From an uncultured Candidatus Bathyarchaeia archaeon (lineage in GTDB: Archaea; Thermoproteota; Bathyarchaeia; TCS64): 40,597 bases of DNA. The stretch covers positions 1 to 40,597 of the forward strand of contig CAZLHA010000002.1 in assembly GCA_964559155.1 (NCBI GenBank), in the 5' to 3' direction. Positions 1 to 8,083 of the stretch are shown in pieces. Under the pieces are notes generated by a model. The model was not told the origin of the DNA. It saw nothing but the letters and a program-made list of their open reading frames with translations, and ran no database searches. Position 1 is the stretch's first letter; every line of letters starts with the position of its first letter. A program made the translations under genes and the position numbers.

Positions 1-83
1 CGCAGCCGATGGGATTCGAACCCATGAGGCTCAAAGGCCACTGGTTTTCGAGACCAGCACAATCACCACTCTGTCACGGCTGC
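1..83 (-). tRNA. tRNA-Ser (anticodon CGA), 3' end at window edge
   Basis: The reverse complement folds as a class II tRNA. Acceptor GCAGCCG/CGGCTGC; D-loop AGTGGTGA; anticodon stem CTGGT/ACCAG with loop CTCGAAA (anticodon CGA). It has a ~15-nt variable arm and T-arm ATGGG-TTCGAAT-CCCAT. The discriminator is nt 1, so any CCA would lie off-window. Confidence 0.85.
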
Positions 84-156
84 CCACAAAAAACCAAACA
101 AACCACCAATTAACCCTTTCCCCTGGAAAACCCTGTTATTACCTATTAACAGGAGC

Positions 157-834
157 TTACTTTTCAACTAGCCGCCTAACACCGTCCCAACCCTGACGAT
201 CCTTCACCGAGACCACCCTAACAGCCTCTCTACCACTACCCATTCTAGGCCGTTCCACACCACAACGACGAAGCAAATACTCCGCAGCCCGTAACAACTT
301 ATTATTCAACTCACTGTCTACAAGATCAGCCAAAGAGACCACCAGAGCCTCCAAACTCTTAGGCCTCGTAGCCCCCACATCACCGTGATGCCCAGCCACC
401 ACATGGACCACATCCAAAGGGAAACCACGCTTCATTAATTCCCCCACCATCAAAGACAAGTGATCTACTTTACCCCCGAAATCACTTGTACGGAAACCCC
501 CCCGATCATCTTTCTCATAACAATAACATTTCATTAGATCATGCAAAACCGCGCCAGCGACCACAGTATCCCGGTCAACCGCCCCACCATAATATTCCTC
601 AACTAAATCACACAAAGTCAACGAGATACGTACAACAGACGCAGTGTGCTCAAGAAGACCACCCGCATAGCTATGATGTTGATAAGCCCCCGCAGGACAA
701 ACACTCAACGACAAACATGGTGCATCAATATCCGAAGGGGGATCTCTTAGAAATCTTAACACCTTTCTACGTAATTCTTTATCCCCAATCAACTCCGTAT
801 ATTTAATCACCTCATCAAACAAATCAGACACCAC
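157..834 (-). CDS. HD-domain metal-dependent phosphohydrolase (YhaM-like HD module)
   Basis: 225-aa ORF with HD-superfamily ligand motifs HHSYAGGLLEH, VLHDLMK and AGHHGD. The long antisense ORF 486-806 is Pro/Gln-rich and implausible. Confidence 0.7.
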   Translation of the reverse strand: MVSDLFDEVIKYTELIGDKELRRKVLRFLRDPPSDIDAPCLSLSVCPAGAYQHHSYAGGLLEHTASVVRISLTLCDLVEEYYGGAVDRDTVVAGAVLHDLMKCYCYEKDDRGGFRTSDFGGKVDHLSLMVGELMKRGFPLDVVHVVAGHHGDVGATRPKSLEALVVSLADLVDSELNNKLLRAAEYLLRRCGVERPRMGSGREAVRVVSVKDRQGWDGVRRLVEK

Positions 835-923
835 GCCACGAATCCAAAAAAATCAACGCCCAGACTCTTAAAACCATCGACCCCACAATATTTATCCCCC
901 GATAGACAGCAACAAGAGAAAAG

Positions 924-2123
924 GTGAAAACAACGAGCGGCTATACCACACGTCTATACGCCCTTATGCGCTCAGCAACCACCTTTGTACTAAACTTCAC
1001 ACTTACTCAGCCCATATACCGTCTATTCCTTACTGGCAAAGGGATAACCGTGGTCCAGCTAGGAGTTCTCCTCAGTGTCCAAAACTTCATTCCCTTAATA
1101 CTTAGAATCCCCATAAGTGGCTTAATAGAACGAATCGGCCGAATACGCAGCCTAATAATAAGCCTAATAATAAGCGGCCTAGGAACACTGCTCTTCATAC
1201 CAGCCCAAACCTACACCCACCTACTGCTTGTAATCATATTCAACAGTATATCATCCAGCAGCTTCAATCAGACCGCCATGAGCACAGTAAGTGATGCAGC
1301 CCCACAACACAGACAAGGCGACGCTATGGGAAGATATCTAACCTTTCTCGGTCTTGGAATGCTTCTGGGCCCAGCCCTATGCTCATGGCTAGTAGAACCC
1401 TTAGGATACACAAACCTATTCCTAGTAGCTGGAGCAGTACCCACTATAGGCATACTCCTCTTAGTCTTCATGGCTCCACAGGAAATCAGGGAACAGGAGA
1501 AAACTGACACACCTACCATACCCCTAAGAGAGTCCATGAATATGATACTCAAAAATCGAAACATACGCCTCCTAAGCTACTGCCGTGTAAGCTTTAGCAC
1601 CGCCCAAGCCATATTCCTAGCACTATTCAGCATATATGCCGCCAACAGACTAGGGTTAAGCGACTCCAAAATAGCCCTACTATTCACCATAAGAGGATTC
1701 TCAAACACCCTAGCACGGTTCCCAGCCGGAAACATCAGCGACAAGATAGGTAGACGCCCACTACTATACGCGGCATACAGTTTACTAGTTGTCAGCTTCA
1801 TAATCATATCAACCACAGGAAACATAACCATGTTAGCTATATCCATGGCGCTATATGGGCTCTGTTGGGGAACAAGAGCCGTATCAGAGTGGGCTTTCCT
1901 CACAGATCTCGTGGAACCTGAGATCAAGACCATAAGCATAAGCTACCTCTCCAGTATCTTCAGTCTAGGAAGCACATTGGGTAGCATAGCATCAGGAATA
2001 CTAACCGTATTCCTGCCCTATAGCAGTATATTTCTTCTAGGGTCTTTACTCAACCTAGGAGTACTACCCGCTTTATACTCTATGAGGAAGAATCCTGATA
2101 ACTCTTCATCTTCTCCAGAATAG
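924..2123 (+). CDS. MFS transporter
   Basis: 399-aa ORF (GTG start). About 12 hydrophobic segments, an MFS-like loop motif GLIERIGRIRS after TM2 and its repeat DKIGRRP in the second half. Confidence 0.75.
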   Translation: MKTTSGYTTRLYALMRSATTFVLNFTLTQPIYRLFLTGKGITVVQLGVLLSVQNFIPLILRIPISGLIERIGRIRSLIISLIISGLGTLLFIPAQTYTHLLLVIIFNSISSSSFNQTAMSTVSDAAPQHRQGDAMGRYLTFLGLGMLLGPALCSWLVEPLGYTNLFLVAGAVPTIGILLLVFMAPQEIREQEKTDTPTIPLRESMNMILKNRNIRLLSYCRVSFSTAQAIFLALFSIYAANRLGLSDSKIALLFTIRGFSNTLARFPAGNISDKIGRRPLLYAAYSLLVVSFIIISTTGNITMLAISMALYGLCWGTRAVSEWAFLTDLVEPEIKTISISYLSSIFSLGSTLGSIASGILTVFLPYSSIFLLGSLLNLGVLPALYSMRKNPDNSSSSPE

Positions 2124-2505
2124 AATTATACGCCTCAACAGGATCTACAATGCCCTGAACCATTCGTTCAAATGGACAATAGATAACGCCATTATCCATT
2201 TTGATATGTGGAACCTCTTGGTTATAAACAAGTTTCACGCCGTATTCCTCTAGCACCTGTTTACCAGGAGTACTCACAATAGCCCCGATTGCTTCTGCTG
2301 CCTTACTATAGATAACAAGAAACGCAGCAGCTCTCCCTAGGATCTTATCCACCATAAGGGTTCCCTCTAATTCCTCACCAAATTCATCAATCGCCACTAA
2401 ATGGGGTCTAATGCCTGCTAGTTTACTCTCAAAAATAAGCTCTCCTTCCTTATACACCATTAGACTATTTCCTGTGTCCTCAAGTGCTCTTAGATATTTC
2501 TTCAT
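2080..2505 (-). CDS. DUF1893 (TM1506-like) family protein
   Basis: 141-aa ORF. The pattern GIRPHL...DKILGRAAAFL...VSTPGKQVLEEYGV matches my recollection of the DUF1893 family. Its 3' end overlaps the convergent MFS gene by 44 nt. Confidence 0.5.
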   Translation of the reverse strand: MKKYLRALEDTGNSLMVYKEGELIFESKLAGIRPHLVAIDEFGEELEGTLMVDKILGRAAAFLVIYSKAAEAIGAIVSTPGKQVLEEYGVKLVYNQEVPHIKMDNGVIYCPFERMVQGIVDPVEAYNSILEKMKSYQDSSS

Positions 2506-2535
2506 CTGATCGCAAAATCATAACGGCGGTGATTT

Positions 2536-2790
2536 TTATCTATTGTTTTCTATCATGTCTTTGAATACTGTTTTTATTCTCTTATGCATCAAATAATACC
2601 AAGCTACAAGCACCCATAAAAGATAGCAATAAGCAACAATATACCCCTGTCTAGAAATAAAATAATTAAAGAACAATATCTCAGTGAAAACTGTAAGCGT
2701 AATCGCGATAACAAAGTTAAACGTAAACCAGTTGAACCCGATCTTCATATTATCTAATATAACCCGGTATTTTTCAATTATATTAACCAA
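2536..2790 (-). CDS. small membrane protein (2 predicted TM helices), hypothetical
   Basis: 84-aa ORF with two hydrophobic stretches (FNFVIAITLTVFTEILFF; VAYCYLLWVLVAWYYL). It lies 16 nt downstream of nikR on the same strand. Confidence 0.35.
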   Translation of the reverse strand: MVNIIEKYRVILDNMKIGFNWFTFNFVIAITLTVFTEILFFNYFISRQGYIVAYCYLLWVLVAWYYLMHKRIKTVFKDMIENNR

Positions 2791-2806
2791 AAAGAAATTA
2801 ACCGAG

Positions 2807-3208
2807 TTACTGCATCATTGATACCCTTATCTGCTTAAGCCCACGAGTAACCTCCAATGAGTTAGCCAACTTTTTTATCTGGGATGCTTTCCCTTTCACA
2901 GCCAAGATCTCAAGACAATTATGATGATCCAAGTGTATATGCGTCGAGGAACTGATAATATCCGTATAATCGTGTTGGAGATGGGTTAACTCTTCCATCA
3001 CGCCCCCAGTATGGTGATCGTAAATCATTGTTATTACACCGGCTAATACGCCTTCAAGATCCTTCCACTTATGTTCCGTCAAGAAACCCCTCATAGCCAG
3101 TTGTACTGCACTAGAACGATTATATCCAATCCTCTGCACAAGCTCATCAAATTCGGTCAGCAGATCGGGGTCTATTGATACGCTTATTCTTGAGACTCCA
3201 CTTGTCAT
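2807..3208 (-). CDS. nikR: nickel-responsive transcriptional regulator NikR
   Basis: 133 aa. N-terminal ribbon-helix-helix (RISVSIDPDLLTEFDELV...GYNRSSAVQLAMRGFL). C-terminal His/Cys metal site (YDHH...HLQHDY...STHIHLDHHNCLEILAVKG). Confidence 0.8.
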   Translation of the reverse strand: MTSGVSRISVSIDPDLLTEFDELVQRIGYNRSSAVQLAMRGFLTEHKWKDLEGVLAGVITMIYDHHTGGVMEELTHLQHDYTDIISSSTHIHLDHHNCLEILAVKGKASQIKKLANSLEVTRGLKQIRVSMMQ

Positions 3209-3219
3209 ACTTTCACAAC

Positions 3220-3947
3220 TCAGAGAATTGAGTCAACGAAGCTTGATATCGCTTCTGATGCAACACCAGCTTTTAACTCTCCACCCCTTAAACTAGACTG
3301 AAATATCTTAGAGTCATAACCAATAACAGCATCCGGTTTAAGTTCCTCAGACACGAGTTTCTCCATCATAACCTTCTCGACCTCTGGTGTCATCTTGTTT
3401 AATATGAGATGGATGGGTTTACCAATTCGGTCTGCTTCAGACGCCAGCTTCTTAGCTATGGCGACTCCCTCTGCAGTAGGATCAATGACTACAATTATTC
3501 TATCTATTCCTTCTTCAATGCCTCTACCCAGATGTTCAATACCCGCCTCAGCATCAACTATCAAATACTCATCTGATTCAAGCTCTATTCTTTTTAACAA
3601 TTCTTTGGAAAGAAATCCATAGGGACAAGCACAGCCTTCGCCATACTCCTCGATCTTACCCACTGCTACATACGTAATCCCGTCGCTGGTCTTTGAAATA
3701 TACTCCTCAGGGATCTTACTCATGTGTACCCTAACATGATCTTCTAACCCCTCTCGCACCTGTGATCTACCTCCTAAATAATTTGCAATAGTATCCACAG
3801 ATTCAACGCCCAGACTTTTTGGTAAGAGCCTATTGGATTCATCAGCATCCATCAAAATCGCTTTACCGTGTTTGGATAGTTCTCTAGTAATTAAAATGGA
3901 TACAGCGGACTTACCCGCCCCCCCTTACCGCCTACGAGTAGTTTCAT
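3220..3947 (-). pseudogene. cooC: CooC-type Ni-insertion P-loop ATPase (MinD/ParA class), interrupted by a 1-nt frameshift in a homopolymer
   Basis: ATG at 3947 reads MKLLVGGKGG, then the frame is lost in a C7 run (3918-3924; G7 on the coding strand). The downstream frame reads GGAGKSAVSILITRELSKHGKAILMDADES... to the stop at 3220. One extra G restores the deviant Walker A GGKGGAGKS and a 242-aa protein. A CxC metal motif (GEGCACP) is present. Confidence 0.7.
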
Positions 3948-4015
3948 AACCCCTCACCTCCGACATCGATTAAAAATATTACTAAAACGACTCTACGTAA
4001 TACTAATAATAATTA

Positions 4016-4058
4016 TCACCAGCTTCACCCCGTAATAACACCTATATTTCACCAGCTT
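4016..4058. promoter_or_regulatory. two copies of TCACCAGCTT (4016-4025, 4049-4058) in the cooC/hypA divergent promoter region
   Basis: Perfect 10-bp direct repeat with 33-nt periodicity. Each copy is preceded by AT(T)A/ATT. The second copy ends 12 nt before the hypA ATG. Confidence 0.25.
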
Positions 4059-4070
4059 GGAGAAAACCCC

Positions 4071-4475
4071 ATGCATGAATGGGCACTAGCAGAGGGAGTA
4101 CTATCAACAGCGAGGAAATTCGCCCTAGAAAACGATCTCACAAAGGTAACAGAAGTAGTAATCATGATAGGGGAATTACAACAAGTAGAACACGATGTAC
4201 TAGAGTTCGCCTTCGAACAACTAAAGACCCCTTTATTTGAGGACGCGGAATTCATATTAAAGTCACAGCCAGCAAAATTCAAGTGCCGCAACTGCGGTCA
4301 CGAGTGGACTTTTAAGGCTCAGGGTATGACAGAGGAAGTATCAGAGGCCATACATTTTGTACCTGAGATGGCGCATGTCTACTTAAAATGTGGTGAATGC
4401 GAAAGCCCCGACTTTGAGGTAATAGAAGGGAGAGGAGTCTGGTTAGCGACAATTAAGGGTGAGAAGAATGAGTGA
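4071..4475 (+). CDS. hypA: hydrogenase/urease nickel incorporation protein HypA
   Basis: 134 aa. The canonical N-terminus MHEWALAEGV is the Ni-binding MHE. The zinc site is CRNCGHEW...CGECESPDF (CxxC...CxxC). Confidence 0.85.
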   Translation: MHEWALAEGVLSTARKFALENDLTKVTEVVIMIGELQQVEHDVLEFAFEQLKTPLFEDAEFILKSQPAKFKCRNCGHEWTFKAQGMTEEVSEAIHFVPEMAHVYLKCGECESPDFEVIEGRGVWLATIKGEKNE

Positions 4476-5193
4476 TCCGAGACTAGACATCATCGAGAAA
4501 CGATTCGAAGACGTAGGTAAGGTTATTGCTGTAAGCAGCGGCAAAGGTGGGGTAGGAAAGAGCATGGTAGCAACGAGTCTAGCCTTGAATCTACGCGATA
4601 AGGGTTACAAAGTAGGGCTACTGGACCTGGACTTCACGAGTCCCGCTACACATGTAATACTTGGCGTAGAGGGCTTGTACCCCGAAGAGGAGTATGGAAT
4701 AATACCTCCATTAGCTCATGGTCTTCGTTATATGAGTATCACACATTATAGCTTGGATGAACCAGCACCTCTACGAGGAGAGGATGTTAGTAACGCCATA
4801 ATTGAGCTTCTGGCAATAATTAGGTGGGGTGAGCTTGATTATATTGTAGTGGATATGCCTCCTGGTATAGGTGACGCTACTCTGGATACTATTAGGTTGA
4901 TGCCCACATTGGAGTTTATCATAGTAACTACTCCAAGCGTGGTGGCATATCAATCGGTAAGAAGATTGATCCTATTATTACAGGATATGGGGATAACTAT
5001 TACAGGCGTCTTGGAGAATATGGTTATGAATGAATCAGACTATGTACAACCCGATGTAGAAGAAATGGGTCTAACTTATTTGGGTTCCATAGACTTTGAT
5101 GCCCATCTTGAGGCATCTATAGGAAACGTGGATAAGCTCTCTGAAACTGATTTCTATAAAGAAGTTAGTGAAATAGTGTCCAGTATTCTCTAA
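4468..5193 (+). CDS. Mrp/MinD-family P-loop ATPase, candidate ATPase-type HypB
   Basis: Deviant Walker A SSGKGGVGKS and Walker B YIVVDMPPG. ATG 4468 overlaps the hypA stop by 8 nt (an alternative GTG lies at 4459). The protein has no cysteine, so it lacks the CxxC of ApbC/Nbp35 Fe-S carriers. Confidence 0.65.
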   Translation: MSDPRLDIIEKRFEDVGKVIAVSSGKGGVGKSMVATSLALNLRDKGYKVGLLDLDFTSPATHVILGVEGLYPEEEYGIIPPLAHGLRYMSITHYSLDEPAPLRGEDVSNAIIELLAIIRWGELDYIVVDMPPGIGDATLDTIRLMPTLEFIIVTTPSVVAYQSVRRLILLLQDMGITITGVLENMVMNESDYVQPDVEEMGLTYLGSIDFDAHLEASIGNVDKLSETDFYKEVSEIVSSIL

Positions 5194-6353
5194 TCCTCTC
5201 TTATTAAGAGGGTAATTCCGAACGCTAGGCCGCTGAGGAGTGCGAAGAAGTAGAATACGCTGGAGTATCCATAGTACTGGGCTAAATATCCTGCTATTGC
5301 TGGCGTAAAGAACCCGATACCGTATTTTAGCGTGAAGTTTACTCCGTAGGTTACTCCTACCGTGTCTTTTCTGGCTACGTCTCCTAATAATGCGTTCATG
5401 GGGCTCTGGGTTACGAAGAACGTGAAGCCAAGGATTACTACGATTAGGATTAGTAGTGGTAGGCTACTAGGTGATAACACAAAGCCTATTAGGGTTAGGG
5501 CGAATCCTGCGTAACCGAAGAGGAGGAGTCTTTTTCTTCCTAGTTTGTCGCTTAGTTCTCCTCCGAGTATCTGGGCGAATGCTCCTACTGTGTATTTGAG
5601 GGTACTTAGTCCTCCAGCTATCACGAATGATACTCCTTTTTGTTCTTCCATGAAAGCCACGATGAAGCTGCTTACCCCTGTCCAGAGCATTCCGCTGAGC
5701 ACTACGATTCCTAGTGTAATGATTAGTGTTGATTTATCTGTGGTACCGAACATTCTACGTAGTGTTTCTATTGGTCCTGCGTGACCTCCTTCTGGGGTTG
5801 GATATGGTATATCTTCTGCTACAAAGTAGTCTATTGCTGCCATAGTGAGACCGATTGCCCCCCAGATGATGAATGTGGCTCTCCAGCCAAATCTGGATCC
5901 AAGTATACTTGAAGTTAGGTAACTGATGGCCATTCCCATGTCGCCTCCTAATCCCTGTATACCCATGTATCTGCCGCGACTCTCATCGCTGACTAGACTC
6001 ATATGCGCGTACCCGCATGGATGGTATAAGCTTGCTCCCATTCCCAGTGTAATGAGTCCGATAGCTGCTATTGGTATATTGGGGCTGATGCCTATGAGGA
6101 TGCTTGATCCTCCACAGAGTAGCATGCTCAACATTATGAGAGTTTTTTTACTATAGCGGTCTGCTATGAATCCTACTGGTAGGCTTAACCATCCATAGAA
6201 AAGTGATACTAGGCTTGCTAGCATTCCTACTGTGGCTATGTCTCCTAGTTCTCCGCCTAGGATGGGGATCATCGCGGGTAATAGTACTAGGTAGGCGTGC
6301 ATTATGCCGTGGCTTGCTGAGATGGTTACAATGGTTCTGTCTTCGGTGTTCAT
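5190..6353 (-). CDS. MFS transporter
   Basis: The start is placed at MNTEDRT (ATG 6353). About 12 TM segments and the loop motif ADRYSKKT. The 93 upstream codons of the track ORF are non-hydrophobic low-complexity and overlap the preceding gene. Confidence 0.7.
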   Translation of the reverse strand: MNTEDRTIVTISASHGIMHAYLVLLPAMIPILGGELGDIATVGMLASLVSLFYGWLSLPVGFIADRYSKKTLIMLSMLLCGGSSILIGISPNIPIAAIGLITLGMGASLYHPCGYAHMSLVSDESRGRYMGIQGLGGDMGMAISYLTSSILGSRFGWRATFIIWGAIGLTMAAIDYFVAEDIPYPTPEGGHAGPIETLRRMFGTTDKSTLIITLGIVVLSGMLWTGVSSFIVAFMEEQKGVSFVIAGGLSTLKYTVGAFAQILGGELSDKLGRKRLLLFGYAGFALTLIGFVLSPSSLPLLILIVVILGFTFFVTQSPMNALLGDVARKDTVGVTYGVNFTLKYGIGFFTPAIAGYLAQYYGYSSVFYFFALLSGLAFGITLLIRED

Positions 6354-6592
6354 AGTGTTTACCTTGATGTCTTTGATAGGCTGTGTTTTGGTATTTAATC
6401 CTTGACTGTTTTGGCGGCAGCTGGTGGGAACTTTATGTGTTTTTCTCTGGGTGGTGGCTTTGAAATTAATTTGAGTTTGTGTAACTGATGTATTCTTATA
6501 CCTGTTTATGATATTGGGTTTGAGGAAGGGGTTTTGGGATATTTTTCCCGCTTTTTCCCCTACCCTCACTTCTATGTGATTAGAGCTAACGG

Positions 6593-7003
6593 TTATCTGC
6601 TGATGTATATTAGCGTGAATGAGGCAATGCATGTGAAGAAATCAGGTAGCATGGCGAAGGGTCCTAGACCTGATGCCCTATAGCCGGCGACTCCGATTAG
6701 TAACGGGTTTGAGGTTAATGCGTATAATAGCAAGGCGATTGAAAATATTACTAATCCGAGGCTGAACTCTAGCCCTGTGTCCGAGTATACCTTCCAGTAG
6801 ATCGAGGACAAGGTTATCAACAGGAATGCGTTTACGCTGGCTAATACAGCTTTAATCTCGTAGTATATCCTGTAATCCCCTAGCCGGTGTTCACCCATAC
6901 CATGTCCCATGGTATATCCGGTCTGGGACGCGATGTAATATGCAATAACTCCGACTATTAGTGTTAATAGGATTATCTTAGATAGAGATTTATTCTCCTT
7001 CAT
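6593..7003 (-). CDS. integral membrane protein (4 TM), hypothetical
   Basis: 136-aa ORF with four hydrophobic helices. It overlaps the upstream wHTH regulator gene by 14 nt, which suggests an operon. Confidence 0.4.
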   Translation of the reverse strand: MKENKSLSKIILLTLIVGVIAYYIASQTGYTMGHGMGEHRLGDYRIYYEIKAVLASVNAFLLITLSSIYWKVYSDTGLEFSLGLVIFSIALLLYALTSNPLLIGVAGYRASGLGPFAMLPDFFTCIASFTLIYISR

Positions 7004-7460
7004 CTAAAGCATCCTCCTCGTTATCCTTTTTACCTTTATTCCCAATTTTCTCCCAAATCTCCTCAAAGTAATCATAATTCTCCAGTAACTCATTAGTCAA
7101 AAGATACGCCATACCATATCCCTCCCCTAGGGTTGTAACCATCTTATTCTTCTCCAATACCTCAAGATGATGCCTTATGGTGCTATAATCCAGTTCTAGC
7201 TCTTGACTTAGTTGATGCGCGTTCATGGGGGCTTCAGATAGGGTGTTAATTATCCGTGCCCGGTTCAAGCCGCCTCTTGTTCCACCTATAATCCACTGAA
7301 TAATATAGTTGAAATAATTCTTTCTTGGCGGCGTCAATATATTCTCTAATCTGTTCAGGTGACAAAAAACCCTTCGATATATCCTACACTGATTCAGAGG
7401 TAATTCAATAAAGATTTGGGAATAACTTGGGACCAACCTTGGAAAATTGATTAAATACAC
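6990..7460 (-). CDS. ArsR-like winged-helix transcriptional regulator (true start uncertain)
   Basis: GTRGGLNRARIINTLSEAPMNAHQLSQELELDYSTIRHHLEVLEKNKMV is a typical ArsR-type HTH. The C-terminal tail is acidic. The first ~40 codons of the ORF look non-coding. Confidence 0.55.
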   Translation of the reverse strand: MYLINFPRLVPSYSQIFIELPLNQCRIYRRVFCHLNRLENILTPPRKNYFNYIIQWIIGGTRGGLNRARIINTLSEAPMNAHQLSQELELDYSTIRHHLEVLEKNKMVTTLGEGYGMAYLLTNELLENYDYFEEIWEKIGNKGKKDNEEDALDEGE

Positions 7461-7482
7461 CGTTTAGATGCTTTGAGTAGAG

Positions 7483-7920
7483 ATGAATAAAGAAATGAGT
7501 AAGAGAAACATGAAAGCACTCGGCTTACTAGTCCTGGTCGCCATAGCTTTAGGTGGAATCAGTTTTGTATTAGCACAAACGAATTCAACCGACGAGATAA
7601 CATGTCTGGGTACAGGCCCTCAGAGTCTTTTAAACGGTAACGGGTTCTGGGGTCAACTAACGGAAGAGCAGAGAGATGCTCTTTATGATGAGGCTCAATC
7701 CATGCTAGATAGTGGTGCAACTCCTGAAGAGATCCGGGAGATGAAAGCAAAAATGCTGGCTGAGTGGGGTATTGAGGCTCCACTTTGGCGTGGACCACAC
7801 AACGGTGAATCTGGCCCCCATGGTAATATGTTCCGTGATGGCACAGGTAGAGGCAGCCAGTATCGTAGGGGCGGAGCTAGAGGCAATCACTACAACGGAA
7901 ATTGTCCATACACAGACTAA
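7483..7920 (+). CDS. secreted or membrane-anchored small protein with Gly/Arg-rich C-terminus, hypothetical
   Basis: 145 aa. N-terminal signal/anchor ALGLLVLVAIALGGISFVLA. The helical LTEEQRDAL...EEIREMKAKM segment is reminiscent of CpxP/ZraP-type periplasmic proteins (weak). It is divergent from the ArsR-like gene. Confidence 0.4.
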   Translation: MNKEMSKRNMKALGLLVLVAIALGGISFVLAQTNSTDEITCLGTGPQSLLNGNGFWGQLTEEQRDALYDEAQSMLDSGATPEEIREMKAKMLAEWGIEAPLWRGPHNGESGPHGNMFRDGTGRGSQYRRGGARGNHYNGNCPYTD

Positions 7921-7937
7921 ATCCCGGGTTCATTGTC

Positions 7938-7944
7938 TTTTTTT
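7938..7944 (+). terminator. oligo-T tract (T7) downstream of 7483-7920
   Basis: A run of 7 T begins 18 nt after the stop codon. Archaeal terminators are typically oligo-T. Confidence 0.3.
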
Positions 7945-7971
7945 AGATAGAACCCCTTTTTAACTATATAT

Positions 7972-8024
7972 TTTATTGTGACTATATTTTTCAATATACT
8001 TTATTGTACCAAGTTATTTATTGT
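7972..8024 (+). repeat. three copies of TTTATTGT upstream of the Na/Pi cotransporter gene
   Basis: Exact octamers at 7972-7979, 8000-8007 and 8017-8024, within an A/T-rich promoter region that also carries ACTATAT(A/T)TTT twice. Confidence 0.3.
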
Positions 8025-8083
8025 AAAATGTATGGTTTTTAGCCTAGTTGGATAGCGATCTATAGAATCTATGGGGATTATAT

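Noticed and set aside
6354-6632. N-terminal 93 codons of the 480-aa track ORF (5190-6632, minus).
   Set aside because: This part is polar and low-complexity (QTQINFKATTQRKTH...), unlike the hydrophobic MFS body. It also overlaps the 3' end of the upstream membrane-protein gene. An ATG with MFS-typical context lies at 6353.
7972-8024. Short repeats considered as a possible degenerate CRISPR or mobile-element terminus.
   Set aside because: The repeat units are only 8 bp with irregular 9-20 nt spacing, lie in an A/T-rich promoter, and have no cas genes. They were kept only as a possible regulatory repeat.
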